Of a stretch of DNA of 64,000 bases, positions 40,237 to 50,827 are shown piece by piece. Within the stretch, counting starts at the first letter, position 1; every line of letters starts with the position of its first letter. The notes under the pieces are model-generated. The model ran no database searches, was not told where the DNA came from, and saw nothing but the letters and a program-made list of their open reading frames with translations. The stretch is from Sulfurospirillaceae bacterium (GTDB lineage Bacteria; Campylobacterota; Campylobacteria; Campylobacterales; Sulfurospirillaceae). A program made the translations under genes and the position numbers. The stretch covers positions 1-64,000 of the forward strand of contig JAWVXD010000001.1 of NCBI GenBank assembly GCA_033723415.1, in the 5' to 3' direction.

Positions 40237-41821
40237 ACGAAACACTTCTGCCCAAAAGTTGTGAGTAGATTATATAGTTTGCCAAGACTTTTTTCCCGTA
40301 TCTTCTGCTCTCAGAGTATGGGATCAACTCCATGCTTAAGTATGGTTCATACTCGCTTTTTGTGAAAAAATCCCCGGTTTTGAGAAGTCTACGTACAAAG
40401 CCTATACCTCCATTGTAAGCATAAGCTATCAAGATTGGATTATGTAGGTATTTGCTTAAGTAATCCAAATGAGTGTTCGCAAAAGAATATGCGATCTTAG
40501 GCTTGAACATATCATCTAGATCAAAGTTCTTTATCTTTTTTTTCTTTGCCATAGCTTTGGCTAGAAACGGCATAAACTGCATCATTCCAAGAGCATATGA
40601 CGTTGATATGGATGCAGGAATAAAACGGCTTTCTTGTCTGCCTAATGCAAGTATTAGTGCTATCCTATCTTTACTATAATTTTCAAGCAGGTTATAAAAC
40701 GGCATTGGAAAATAGCTATGCTCAAACCCATGAGCCCTTTCTTGTAAAAACGAGTACTGCCCTATAGTATTAATATGTCTAAAGTTTGATGATAGTTTAT
40801 CAAGTTGAGTAGTGTTTTTGTCTTTTATCTCTCTCAATAGATTAAGCCATAAAAAAGGATCTTGTATGTCGTAGTTCGCTTTTGCAGTTTTAATCTGTGG
40901 AGATATAATATTTGTGAATTTTTCAGACTTTTTTTCTCTGGCATAGATGGTATAAATGTTTACATCAAAACTCTCTAGTAACTCATCAAGATATTTGTCA
41001 TTTTTTGTTATGAGGTATCTCCAGAAAAGTGTTTTGTCTTTGTCAAATCTATAATAATATTTGTCATAAGCTTTTTCAAACAAATGAATAGCCTTGTTTT
41101 TCTGATTAAATTCAAGTGCGTTTAATCCTAAAAAAAAGATAGAATCGGCATCAAACTTTTTGTTTATATTTACACTGAGCAGAGATTTTTGCAAATTTTT
41201 AAGATCTCTTTGTGTCAAGATTATTTCTATTGTTCTGTTAAAACCTGTCATATGGCTTAATTCATCAATGTCTTCTTTTGATAATGGTTTATCAAACACA
41301 GCACTTCTATTTTTTGCACCGCAAGAGTTAAATATATCTATAAAATCTTTTTTATTTTTTAGTGATTCATCGAAAACATCATCTGAAGAGAGGACTTTTA
41401 AGGTTTCATTGATATCCCTATAACCTTTTAATTCCTTATATAGAGATCTCAATTTGTTTTTATCTAAACTCATAGCATCTCGTACACTAAGTCCTATCGC
41501 AATACATTCACTATCTGTAGCTAATAAAGCGTCTGTTTTTAATTTGAGGCATTTTGAAGCTTTCTTGAAGCCAGAATCGTCTATTCTTTTTGCAAAAGAT
41601 TTAAAAAGCTTTAGATTAACGACCTTGGCTTCACTCAGTAACTTTTCTGCATCATTGCTACTTACGTTTCTTTCATTCAGAAACCTATATATATAATAAT
41701 CTTTTTCTATGCTTTTGGGCACATGATCAAAGAAGGATATATCTTGAGGAAGTTTTGCAAAAAGCAAAACAGGCAATATTAAAGATAACCATATGATCAT
41801 GCGTTTTTTATTATATAGCAT
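40178..41821 (-). CDS. slt: Soluble lytic murein transglycosylase
   Basis: RQESRF, GMMQFMP, AYNGG. Confidence 0.88.
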   Translation of the reverse strand: MLYNKKRMIIWLSLILPVLLFAKLPQDISFFDHVPKSIEKDYYIYRFLNERNVSSNDAEKLLSEAKVVNLKLFKSFAKRIDDSGFKKASKCLKLKTDALLATDSECIAIGLSVRDAMSLDKNKLRSLYKELKGYRDINETLKVLSSDDVFDESLKNKKDFIDIFNSCGAKNRSAVFDKPLSKEDIDELSHMTGFNRTIEIILTQRDLKNLQKSLLSVNINKKFDADSIFFLGLNALEFNQKNKAIHLFEKAYDKYYYRFDKDKTLFWRYLITKNDKYLDELLESFDVNIYTIYAREKKSEKFTNIISPQIKTAKANYDIQDPFLWLNLLREIKDKNTTQLDKLSSNFRHINTIGQYSFLQERAHGFEHSYFPMPFYNLLENYSKDRIALILALGRQESRFIPASISTSYALGMMQFMPFLAKAMAKKKKIKNFDLDDMFKPKIAYSFANTHLDYLSKYLHNPILIAYAYNGGIGFVRRLLKTGDFFTKSEYEPYLSMELIPYSESRRYGKKVLANYIIYSQLLGRSVSFKSLSQNLMTPKRRDEFEN

Positions 41822-42107
41822 TTGCCAATGAAAAAAGTAATCTTATAGCAAACAGATCTAAAAACTGCAAAGCTAATATAATAATTATAGGAGACAAATC
41901 AATTCCTCCTATAACGGTTGGAATAAACCTTCTGACAAGGGCATATACTGGTTCAGTCAGTCTCGTCAGTACTTGTACGATTGGATTATATGGATCAGGT
42001 CTTACCCAAGTAATCAGAGCAGCTATGATAACAACCCAGATATATATATTTATGACCATATGTAGGATTTGAGCTACAGCTTCAATCAATGTGGATAATA
42101 CTATCAT
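41811..42107 (-). CDS. yggT: YggT family membrane protein
   Basis: PDPYNPIV, LTEP, IDLSP. Confidence 0.92.
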   Translation of the reverse strand: MIVLSTLIEAVAQILHMVINIYIWVVIIAALITWVRPDPYNPIVQVLTRLTEPVYALVRRFIPTVIGGIDLSPIIIILALQFLDLFAIRLLFSLANAI

Positions 42108-43267
42108 TTTACGATCTCCTTTATATAATTTTTGATCAATGGATCAATAACAGCGAGTTTTGGTCCATTGTTACTAAATTCTTCATCAATGTTCTTAACC
42201 AGTAAGAGACTATCGATTTTTTCTTTGATCTCTAATATTGTACTTTCTTCTTCCGTATATAACTTTGCAATCTTACCGATTTTTGCATCTTTATATCCGA
42301 TACGTTTTGCTAAATCACTATCATCAAGAAGTAGTATGTGTGATCTGTTAACAAATTTCAATTTGTCAATATCAAACTTTTCAGAAGATTTTGACAGTGA
42401 TTCTATCTCAAACCAATCAAGTGCTTCTTCCAGGGTAAAGATCTCTTTTGGAGTTTTATTCCCAAGGAGTATAAGATAATTGACTATGGCTTCCGGTAAA
42501 TATCCTTGATCTAGCAGCCATTGTACACTGCTGCCATCATCTCTTGCGCTCATCTTCTTCCCATCATTATCTAATATAGCAGGAAGATGTGCATAAGTCA
42601 CACTTTCATTATATCCCAATGATTGTCTGATATGCTCCTGTTTTGGAGTGTTTGAGAGATGATCTTCTCCTCTTATAATATATGTTATACCTTGAAGCAT
42701 ATCATCTATTGCACAGGCAAAATTATATGTAGGATATTTGTCGGTATTCATGATGACAAAACTATCTAAACTCTCTAAACTCTCTTGCTCAAAAGTTAAA
42801 TCACCTTTGACAGCATCGCTAAAAGAGATATCCTGATCTGGTTTTTTTATCCTGATTACAAATGACTTAGTACTTTCCAATATCTCTTTTGAACTTAAAT
42901 TTTCACATTTACCGTCATATTTGTAAGCTTTTGATGATTCTTTTGCCATCTTTTCTTTTGCTTCAAGTTCTTCAGGTGTACAAAAGCACATAAAAGCTTT
43001 TTTTTCATCGAGCATTTTTGAAGCAAATTGTAAGTGGTACTTGAAATTATTACTTTGGTAGTATAAATCATCATAAGATATGCCACAAATTTTGAGAATA
43101 TTTAATATATCTTGATCTTTTCCTTCAATATTCCTTGCCTTGTCTATATCTTCGATTCTCACTATAAATTTATCATTTCTTTGTCTCGCACATATAAAGT
43201 TTATGATAGCAGCCCTAAGGTTGCCTATATGCATATCGCCTGTTGGCGATGGAGAGAATCTAAACAT
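42104..43267 (-). CDS. gltX: Glutamate--tRNA ligase paralogue with shortened C-terminal domain
   Basis: RFSPSPTGDMHIGN, RIED, IRGEDH, KMSAR. Confidence 0.88.
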   Translation of the reverse strand: MFRFSPSPTGDMHIGNLRAAIINFICARQRNDKFIVRIEDIDKARNIEGKDQDILNILKICGISYDDLYYQSNNFKYHLQFASKMLDEKKAFMCFCTPEELEAKEKMAKESSKAYKYDGKCENLSSKEILESTKSFVIRIKKPDQDISFSDAVKGDLTFEQESLESLDSFVIMNTDKYPTYNFACAIDDMLQGITYIIRGEDHLSNTPKQEHIRQSLGYNESVTYAHLPAILDNDGKKMSARDDGSSVQWLLDQGYLPEAIVNYLILLGNKTPKEIFTLEEALDWFEIESLSKSSEKFDIDKLKFVNRSHILLLDDSDLAKRIGYKDAKIGKIAKLYTEEESTILEIKEKIDSLLLVKNIDEEFSNNGPKLAVIDPLIKNYIKEIVK

Positions 43268-43310
43268 TTAAAAATCCCTTGATTTTTTTGATATTTTATC
43301 TAGTTTGGGG

Positions 43311-43454
43311 TTAAAATACTCTTTTGAGGATATCTATAAGCTTTTGAAAAAATGTTTTTTTCCTAGGCTTATAGATTCTTTTTGTCTTTTCAATTAGCCA
43401 ATCCAAGTGCTTTGAAGCTTCTTTTAGATGTATTGGATTAAAATCATTTTGCAT
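43311..43454 (-). CDS. Possible 47-aa basic small protein coupled to the MotB-like gene
   Basis: Hand translation MQNDFNPIHLKEASKHLDWLIEKTKRIYKPRKKTFFQKLIDILKRVF*; start overlaps the upstream stop; amphipathic C-terminus. Confidence 0.4.
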   Translation of the reverse strand: MQNDFNPIHLKEASKHLDWLIEKTKRIYKPRKKTFFQKLIDILKRVF

Positions 43455-44457
43455 CTAGTATCTTCTCTATTTCTTTCATCGCACTTTGATTTTTCAGTGA
43501 AAATTTTATCTCTATTCTTCTAGAGGCTTCTTTGTCTTCCTTGCCGTCTTTGCCATAGATCGGGTCTAAATAGGATCTTCCACTTGCAATCATGAGAGAT
43601 TTTATATTGTTCTTTTTTACAAAATCTAAACTAAGTAGATAATTCATGACTTCGTAAGCTCTTTTTTGAGAAAGCTCTAAATTATATAAAAATCCACCGT
43701 CACTATCTGTATGACCTTCTATGATGATCTTGTCGAGATGATCTTTGATCTCTTTATTTCCGAGAAGAGCCGCAACATATTCGATAAATACTTTTTTTAG
43801 CTCTTTTTTTGAATTCTCTTTAAGTACTGATTTTCCTTTGTCAAATAAAATATTTGAAGAAAACCGCAGAGACCCGTTTTTAGGATTGATCTTGATATTC
43901 TTACCAAGTATCTTTTTTAGTTCGCTTATAACTTTGATACGAATTCCCGTGAGGCTTTTTATCCTTTCTTTTGTTGTCTTCATCTGAGCAACAAGGCGGT
44001 CATATCGTGTCTCTTTTTCACCCAAAGTATTTAATAGTTTTAGCACTTCGGCATCTTTTAGTTTGATAGCATCATTTTTGTTGTTTAATTCGTTTGATAA
44101 AACTAAGACTTGCCCTTTAAAATCTTGTATACTTTTCTCTTTTTCCAATAAAGAAGCATTTGTATCATTGATAATTGATTGTAGTATTACTATTTTATTG
44201 CTAAATGAACTAAGTTGTGTGTTTTTTTGAAATAATAAAGATTTTAGTTGTTGTATTTCGTCATTTTTAAGTTGAAGCACGCTTCTTGTCTTTTCGGCTG
44301 TATTTTCACTCGACATAAGATGATGTTTCAAAATAATTGATTTCGTGACAATCGCACCAATCAAAAGTATAAAAACAAAAAGCAATCCTGCCATCAAGTC
44401 AGCATATGAGACCCAAAAGTTTGTGACATCTTCTCGTTTATTTTTTTTAAAAATCAT
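43444..44457 (-). CDS. MotB/ZorB-like protein (TM + coiled coil + OmpA-like PG-binding domain)
   Basis: FWVSYADLMAGLL, IEGHTD, NLELSQKRA, SRRIE. Confidence 0.88.
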   Translation of the reverse strand: MIFKKNKREDVTNFWVSYADLMAGLLFVFILLIGAIVTKSIILKHHLMSSENTAEKTRSVLQLKNDEIQQLKSLLFQKNTQLSSFSNKIVILQSIINDTNASLLEKEKSIQDFKGQVLVLSNELNNKNDAIKLKDAEVLKLLNTLGEKETRYDRLVAQMKTTKERIKSLTGIRIKVISELKKILGKNIKINPKNGSLRFSSNILFDKGKSVLKENSKKELKKVFIEYVAALLGNKEIKDHLDKIIIEGHTDSDGGFLYNLELSQKRAYEVMNYLLSLDFVKKNNIKSLMIASGRSYLDPIYGKDGKEDKEASRRIEIKFSLKNQSAMKEIEKILDAK

Positions 44458-44459
44458 TT

Positions 44460-45587
44460 TTATTTCTTAAACTGTTTTAGAATTTCTCTGTGATACTCTT
44501 CTAGATCCTGAAGGATTTTTTCATTGTGTCCATCTAACAAATATGCAAAATCAGATAATTTTACAACTACCTCGGATATCTCTTTGTCAATACGCTCAAA
44601 TGTGTTGCCTACACTTTGGCTGAGCTTATCATCCATAGAAGATATTGTATAATCTAGTGTATTGGTAGCTCTTATGAACTCTTGTACAGAGTTGTCTAGA
44701 TTTTGCGTGGCGGCTATAGAATCGCTTGAAAAGTTTATTTTTTCCAAGGTTGCCAGTACATTTTTTGAGGCAGTGCTCATATCTTCTGCGATATTTGCAA
44801 AAGATGATGAGGATATATCTACAATATTTTTGAGATTGTGCAGATAATCTTCATTTAGCTCTCTTACTTTATCTGCTGTAAATATCTCTTTTAGGGCATT
44901 GACCAGATTTTGATTTTCAAGTTGTCTACTTCCGTATTTATAAGCATCAAGCTCATTTTGACTCCAGACATATTTTGAATAAAGTGATTTGATATAAGTA
45001 AACGTTTTTTCAAGTTTGCTGATTCCTCTTTTTTCAAAGAATATCCACCAAAGAGATAAGAATATACCGTAAATAGAAGCATAAAAAGCAGTCCCAACAC
45101 CACTTAAAAGTATTGTGATCTCATGATCGAGCGCATCAGTGTTTTGCGCAGAAAAATCAGGCATTGACATAGCTATAGATATAAATGTACCTAAAATACC
45201 GAGCATCGGAAATACCGTAGTTGCGATGCTTGAAAAATTGTCATTTCTCAAACCGTTGCTATAATCATCTAAAAAGGTATCAATACTAGAAAGAGATTTT
45301 TTGTTCTCTCCTATCTTGAGTAAATTTTTGTTTAAATACTCTTGCAGTTTACCGCTGATATCATAAAAGGAGTTCCTAAATCCACAAGCTGCATAGTTTG
45401 CATTGTGTTTAATGAAAAACAAAAATATTAGAAATATAAAACCTAGCATCACCAATGTATGTATCTCGACTTTGAGAGGGATAAGACCAAAATAAGCGAT
45501 GATAGCGCACAAAAACAGTATGAGAGGCGCTGATAATATTACTAGAAAATTAGGAATGCAACTGGAAGATTCTTGAGGTGCTATCAC
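44460..45587 (-). CDS. MotA/TolQ/ExbB (ZorA-like) proton channel protein
   Basis: FPMLGILGTF, GVGTAFYASIYG; GTG start after AGGAG; helical C-terminal tail. Confidence 0.85.
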   Translation of the reverse strand: MIAPQESSSCIPNFLVILSAPLILFLCAIIAYFGLIPLKVEIHTLVMLGFIFLIFLFFIKHNANYAACGFRNSFYDISGKLQEYLNKNLLKIGENKKSLSSIDTFLDDYSNGLRNDNFSSIATTVFPMLGILGTFISIAMSMPDFSAQNTDALDHEITILLSGVGTAFYASIYGIFLSLWWIFFEKRGISKLEKTFTYIKSLYSKYVWSQNELDAYKYGSRQLENQNLVNALKEIFTADKVRELNEDYLHNLKNIVDISSSSFANIAEDMSTASKNVLATLEKINFSSDSIAATQNLDNSVQEFIRATNTLDYTISSMDDKLSQSVGNTFERIDKEISEVVVKLSDFAYLLDGHNEKILQDLEEYHREILKQFKK

Positions 45588-45697
45588 TATAAACTCCTGC
45601 TGTTTTTTGAATAGAAGGTTAAATAATGTAACCCTCAAAAGATTATAACATATTTGATTAAATAATATATTCCTTTTTAAAAAAGTAGTATTTTTAC

Positions 45698-45711
45698 ATG
45701 ACACAGGTCAA
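45698..45711. promoter_or_regulatory. Crp/Fnr-type (Nss-box-like) site upstream of the Crp/Fnr gene
   Basis: ATGACACAGGTCAA; reverse complement TTGACCTGTGTCAT is 12/14 identical to the napA site; TAAAAT 22 bp downstream. Confidence 0.6.
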
Positions 45712-45851
45712 TGCTCTGTATTTTTAAAAGGGGTAAAATTATAAATGATATTAGACGATTGCATTAAAAAAGCTATAAAAAAGTGGGCTTATGATAAAAT
45801 TGTCAAATTAAAGGAAAAAGCTAAAATACAAACATTTATCTAAGGCCCTTA

Positions 45852-46502
45852 ATGTTAGAACAATTATCATCAACTCCACTTTTACAATCTTTACCGAAAG
45901 ACCTTATAGAAGAGATATCTACATTCAGTAAGATAAAATCTTTCAATAAAGGCGATATACTTTTTTATGAAAATGACAATGTAGATATGGTTTATTATAT
46001 CTTAAACGGCTCATTGAAGTTTTATAAAGTGGATAGATTTGATAATGAAATTTTTCTGTATAAGTTGTCAAAGAACTCTCTGATATTTGATCTATCTAAA
46101 TTATGTGATGAATATATAATTCAGTGTTTTGCAAATGCAGAATTTTTAGAAAATAGTGAAATATTGGCAATAGATTCGAAAGAATTCAAATCGTTAATGT
46201 CATCAAATCATGGCTTTTTAAAAAGGGTATTAAAAGAATCATTTAAAATGATCCAACAATTACAATGTATCATCAGCAGAGATGTTGTGTATGACGGAGC
46301 GGCAAAAGTAGCTCACATGATAGATATGGATTTGGAAAATTTTAATATGTTAAAAAAACATGAGATAGCTTATATGCTTCATATTCAGCCTGAAACCTTG
46401 TCTAGGATCTTGAAAAAACTAGTAAGGACAAATGTGATAGAGATTGACAAAAACAATGTGATCGTCATAGATCAAGAAAAATTAAAAAGTATATATAATT
46501 AA
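45852..46502 (+). CDS. Crp/Fnr family transcriptional regulator (NssR/Dnr-like)
   Basis: KGDILFYE cNMP fold, HTH IAYMLHIQPETLSRILKK; no Fnr N-terminal Cys cluster. Confidence 0.9.
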   Translation: MLEQLSSTPLLQSLPKDLIEEISTFSKIKSFNKGDILFYENDNVDMVYYILNGSLKFYKVDRFDNEIFLYKLSKNSLIFDLSKLCDEYIIQCFANAEFLENSEILAIDSKEFKSLMSSNHGFLKRVLKESFKMIQQLQCIISRDVVYDGAAKVAHMIDMDLENFNMLKKHEIAYMLHIQPETLSRILKKLVRTNVIEIDKNNVIVIDQEKLKSIYN

Positions 46503-46515
46503 ATAGGAAAACTTT

Positions 46516-47880
46516 ATGTTCAAGCCAACAGGAATAAGTAAAAAAATCAAAGTTGCAGGCGGATTGCTTTCATTAGTATTAGTCTCTGCAATAATATTGT
46601 CCGTATTAATGAATGAACGAAGTAAAAAAGACTCACTTATTATCAATATAGCAGGCAAACAAAGAATGCTAACACAAAAGATCAGTAAAGAGATATTTTA
46701 CAACGTTTATAAAATATCTACTGATTTTAGAGTGATAGACGAAGCGATGAGTACATTTGAAAACAATCTTTATGACTTACAAAACGGAAATAGTGCAAAG
46801 GGCATTTATCCTCCTCAAAATATCAAGATAACTGAAAAGTTAAATGAAGTAAATCAGATGTGGATACCTTTTAAAGCAAAGATATTGGATTTGGAAAACC
46901 AGTTGACAAAAATGAAACCGGACCTTGATGTTTTCACAATTAAGATAGACAATATTCTCAGCCTCTCTGATGAAGTTGTAAAAAAAATGGTAAAAAACAG
47001 ATTAGATAGGCATTACATTGATCTCTCAGGCAGACAGAGGATGCTGTCTCAAAGAATGAGCCTTTTTTTGAAGAAGTACCTTAGAACAGGTAACAATGAA
47101 GATTATACATTTTATCTGGCTGCAAAAAAACTTTATAACGAAACTATCTTGAATTTTTTAAATGACAAAAATATAAAATTGAACAAAGATGTATATACAA
47201 GCGTCCAAAAGACATATAAGAACTGGGAAAATTTTGAAAATTACGCAACAATGCTGATAGACCACCAAAATACTATAGATAGAGATATGAAATATATTTA
47301 CAACAATAATGTCAAAATCTTAAATTCTATGGATGAAGCAGTTTGGCTTTTTACTGATTATAGTGAGCATAAAAATATACTTTTTATTTATACGCAATTT
47401 TTGCTTTTGGGTATCGGTTTGATCATTATACTTTTTACATTTTCTCTTTCAAAAGAGATCATCAACCATATTAATGATTTTGTTGATAAGGCAAAGATGT
47501 TGGCAACAAGTGACATCACTCAAGCCAATCTAGACAACTTTATGTTAAAAGAAACATATGAAGATGAGCTAAAAGAAGCTTCTGATCACATCAACTCTTT
47601 TGTGACAAAAGTCAATAACGTCATGAAACATTCCCAAGATGCTATAGAAAAGGCTGAGCAGGCAGTCGCTGAATTAGAATTCTTATCTGACAATGCCAGC
47701 AGTGCTTTTTCAGAGCTTGACCTTAATGAAGTCGAGAAAAAAGGTGTTGATAAAAAAATAAGCGCTACTGAAGATATGGCTATCGAATCGACAGAAAACC
47801 TGCTTCATGTAGCACAAATGCTTAAAAAGCTTAAATCAAATCTAAGCAGTATCGCGGAGATTACAAAAACAAAAAAATAA
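46516..47880 (+). CDS. Membrane sensor with two NarX/PilJ-type nitrate-binding domains, no kinase or MCP output
   Basis: P-box motifs INIAGKQRMLTQK and IDLSGRQRMLSQR between two TMs; short coiled-coil cytoplasmic tail. Confidence 0.8.
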   Translation: MFKPTGISKKIKVAGGLLSLVLVSAIILSVLMNERSKKDSLIINIAGKQRMLTQKISKEIFYNVYKISTDFRVIDEAMSTFENNLYDLQNGNSAKGIYPPQNIKITEKLNEVNQMWIPFKAKILDLENQLTKMKPDLDVFTIKIDNILSLSDEVVKKMVKNRLDRHYIDLSGRQRMLSQRMSLFLKKYLRTGNNEDYTFYLAAKKLYNETILNFLNDKNIKLNKDVYTSVQKTYKNWENFENYATMLIDHQNTIDRDMKYIYNNNVKILNSMDEAVWLFTDYSEHKNILFIYTQFLLLGIGLIIILFTFSLSKEIINHINDFVDKAKMLATSDITQANLDNFMLKETYEDELKEASDHINSFVTKVNNVMKHSQDAIEKAEQAVAELEFLSDNASSAFSELDLNEVEKKGVDKKISATEDMAIESTENLLHVAQMLKKLKSNLSSIAEITKTKK

Positions 47881-47897
47881 ACATTATTTGACCTAAT

Positions 47898-47940
47898 TTG
47901 ACCTAGGTCATAGAAATCTTTCTTCTCATAATGATACTAT
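47898..47940 (+). promoter_or_regulatory. napA promoter: Crp/Fnr-type box plus extended -10
   Basis: TTGACCTAGGTCAT (47898-47911), extra half-site TTGACCTA at 47888, TGaTACTAT at 47932-47940; class II spacing. Confidence 0.7.
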
Positions 47941-47969
47941 TTGTTTGAAAATACAAATAGGAGGTAATA

Positions 47970-50813
47970 ATGTCATTATCAAGAAGAGACTTTTTAAAGT
48001 CGACTGCTGCTGCCAGTGCAGCTGCTGCGGTGGGCATCTCTATCCCAAAAGATGTAATGGCCGCATCTGAAGCAACTCAGAGCAGTTGGAGATGGGATAA
48101 AGCGGCTTGTCGCTTTTGCGGAACAGGCTGTGGAATCATGCTTGCTACAAAAGGTGAAGGAAAAAATCGCAAAATTGTTGCTGTCAAGGGTGATCCTGCA
48201 GCTCCTGTAAATAGAGGATTGAATTGTATTAAAGGTTATTTTAATGCAAAGATCATGTACGGAGCGGACAGATTAACAACCCCACTTCTTAGAGTAGATG
48301 CAAACGGCAATTTTGACAAGCATGGAAAGTTTAAACCGGTTAGCTGGAAAAGAGCTTTTGATGAGATGGAAAAACATATTAGATATGCACTCAAAAAAAA
48401 CGGTCCTGAGGCAGTTGGAGTTTTTGCGAGCGGACAGTATACGATCATGGAAGGATATGCTGCTCAAAAGATGATGAAAGCAGGTTTTAGAAGTAATGCT
48501 TTCGATCCAAATGCAAGACACTGTATGGCAAGTGCCGTTGTCGGTTTTTACCAAACTTTCGGGATTGATGAACCAAGCGGATGTTATGATGACATAGAAC
48601 TCACCGATACGATAGTGACTTGGGGTTCAAATATGGCTGAAATGCATCCAATCCTTTGGTCAAGATGTACAGATAGAAAATTAAGCGACCCTAACCGTGT
48701 AAAGGTCGTCAGTATTCAAACTTATACAAATAGAACATGTGATCTAGCAGACGATACTATTATTTTCAGACCTCAAACAGATATGCTTTTATGGAACTAT
48801 ATCGCAAGAGAGATAGTATATAATCATCCTGAAGCGATTGATTGGGATTTTGTTAAAAAACATATGGTTTTTGCAGCAGGTCCTGTCAATATCGGTTACG
48901 GTATGAGAAGAAAAGGCGAGAAATCTTTGACGCCTCTAAGAGCTGATGGAAGTGCCGGAAAATATGACGCAAAAGAAATGCAAACTATAAATCATGAGAT
49001 GAAACACGTTGTATCTGAGCGGGAAGCTCCATCTCTTGCACCGTATGGATATAAATCCGGTGATACTATGAATAATACAGCCGGAACACTGGCTCACTGG
49101 GAAATCTCATTTGATGAATACAAAAAATCATTAGAACCTTATACACTTGATTATGTTGCAAAAGCTTCTAAAGGCGATCCTGATGAAGATTTGAAAAGTT
49201 TCAAGGCTAAACTACAAAGACTTGCAGATTATTATATAGAAAAAGACAGAAAAGTCGTCAGTTTTTGGACTATGGGTATGAATCAGCATACACGTGGTTC
49301 ATGGGTTAATACACTCTCATATAATGTTCACTTCTTGTTAAATAAACAAGCAAAACCCGGAGATGGCGCTTACTCTTTGACAGGACAACCAAGTGCTTGC
49401 GGAACAGCAAGAGAAGTTGGAACATTTACACATAGATTACCTGCAGACTTGATGGTAAAAGTGAAAAAACATAGAGTTATCGCTGAAAAAAGATGGAATA
49501 TCCCTGAAAATACACTCAATCCGGTAGGCAATCAGCACATCATGAAAATTCACAGAGATATAGAAGACGGATTCATAAAATTTGCCTGGGTTAATGTTTG
49601 TAATGCATACCAAGACAGTGCAAGTGCAAAACATTGGCTTAAAACAGCCAGAGAGATGGATGATCTTTTCCTAGTAACTAGTGATGGATATCCTGGAATT
49701 TCGGCAATGGTATCTGATATGGTACTTCCAAGTGCGATGATATATGAAAAATGGGGAGCTTACGGAAACGCCGAGCGAAGAAGTCAGCATTGGAGACAAC
49801 AAGTACTTCCTGTCGGACAAGCGATGAGTGATACTTGGCAGTGGGTTGAACTTTCAAAAAGATTTACGGTAGATGATCTTTGGGGACCGTATACACTTAG
49901 AAACGGTAAAAAATTGCCAGATGTCAGAGAAGCTGCAAAAGCTATGGGCTATAAAGGCGATACGACTATGTATGAGATCCTTTATGCAAACGAAAGAGGG
50001 AAATCATATAAAGCAGATAGAGTAAATGACCCGGTACAACGTGGATATGATGATAGTGAAGTTTTTGGAGACGAGAGAAACGTGATCGGAAGTGATGGAA
50101 AAGTATTTAAAGGTTATGGCTTTTTCATACATAAATATCTATGGGAAGAGTATGCCGATTTTGGAAGAGGACACGGACATGACCTGGCTCCTTTTGATGT
50201 TTATCAAAGAGTAAGAGGTTTGAGATGGCCTGTTGTCAACGGAAAAGAGACACTTTGGAGATTTAACGGAAAATATGACCCATACGTTAAGCATTTTGCA
50301 GGACCTGATGCAGAGTTTGCGTTTTATGGACCTATTGCAAAAGCTTTACCTCATGGTGACTTAAAAGGCGTACAAGTTAAACAAAAAACATCTCTTAAAA
50401 ATAAAGCTAAAATATTTGCCAGACCGTATATGGATCCACCTGAGATACCTGATAACGAATATGACACTTGGTTGTGTACCGGTCGTGTACTAGAGCATTG
50501 GCATAGTGGAACTATGACAATGAGAGTCCCTGAATTGTATCGTGCCGTTCCTGAAGCCCTGTGTTTTATGCATCCTGAGAGTGCAAAAGAGAGAGGTTTA
50601 AAAAGAGGAGATCTGGCTTGGGTAGAAAGCAGACGCGGCAGAGTAAGAGCAAGAGTTGAAACAAGAGGAAGAAACAGACCTCCAAGAGGACTTGTATTTG
50701 TACCTTGGTTTGATGAAAAAGTATTGATAAACAAAGTTTGTCTTGATGCTACTTGTCCTATGTCTAAACAGACAGACTACAAAAAGTGTGCAGTCAAAAT
50801 ATATAAGGTTTAA
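47970..50813 (+). CDS. napA: Periplasmic nitrate reductase catalytic subunit
   Basis: Tat [16 protein letters not shown] Fe-S motif, [22 protein letters not shown]. Confidence 0.98.
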   Translation: MSLSRRDFLKSTAAASAAAAVGISIPKDVMAASEATQSSWRWDKAACRFCGTGCGIMLATKGEGKNRKIVAVKGDPAAPVNRGLNCIKGYFNAKIMYGADRLTTPLLRVDANGNFDKHGKFKPVSWKRAFDEMEKHIRYALKKNGPEAVGVFASGQYTIMEGYAAQKMMKAGFRSNAFDPNARHCMASAVVGFYQTFGIDEPSGCYDDIELTDTIVTWGSNMAEMHPILWSRCTDRKLSDPNRVKVVSIQTYTNRTCDLADDTIIFRPQTDMLLWNYIAREIVYNHPEAIDWDFVKKHMVFAAGPVNIGYGMRRKGEKSLTPLRADGSAGKYDAKEMQTINHEMKHVVSEREAPSLAPYGYKSGDTMNNTAGTLAHWEISFDEYKKSLEPYTLDYVAKASKGDPDEDLKSFKAKLQRLADYYIEKDRKVVSFWTMGMNQHTRGSWVNTLSYNVHFLLNKQAKPGDGAYSLTGQPSACGTAREVGTFTHRLPADLMVKVKKHRVIAEKRWNIPENTLNPVGNQHIMKIHRDIEDGFIKFAWVNVCNAYQDSASAKHWLKTAREMDDLFLVTSDGYPGISAMVSDMVLPSAMIYEKWGAYGNAERRSQHWRQQVLPVGQAMSDTWQWVELSKRFTVDDLWGPYTLRNGKKLPDVREAAKAMGYKGDTTMYEILYANERGKSYKADRVNDPVQRGYDDSEVFGDERNVIGSDGKVFKGYGFFIHKYLWEEYADFGRGHGHDLAPFDVYQRVRGLRWPVVNGKETLWRFNGKYDPYVKHFAGPDAEFAFYGPIAKALPHGDLKGVQVKQKTSLKNKAKIFARPYMDPPEIPDNEYDTWLCTGRVLEHWHSGTMTMRVPELYRAVPEALCFMHPESAKERGLKRGDLAWVESRRGRVRARVETRGRNRPPRGLVFVPWFDEKVLINKVCLDATCPMSKQTDYKKCAVKIYKV

Positions 50814-50827
50814 TAAAAGGTAACGTT

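Noticed and set aside
43444..45587. Complete Zorya defence system
   Set aside because: No ZorC/D/E nearby, the ZorA-like tail is short and the context is core genome.
45588..45704. N-terminal extension of the MotA-like ORF
   Set aside because: Covers the divergent promoter region; a strong AGGAG RBS precedes the GTG at 45587.
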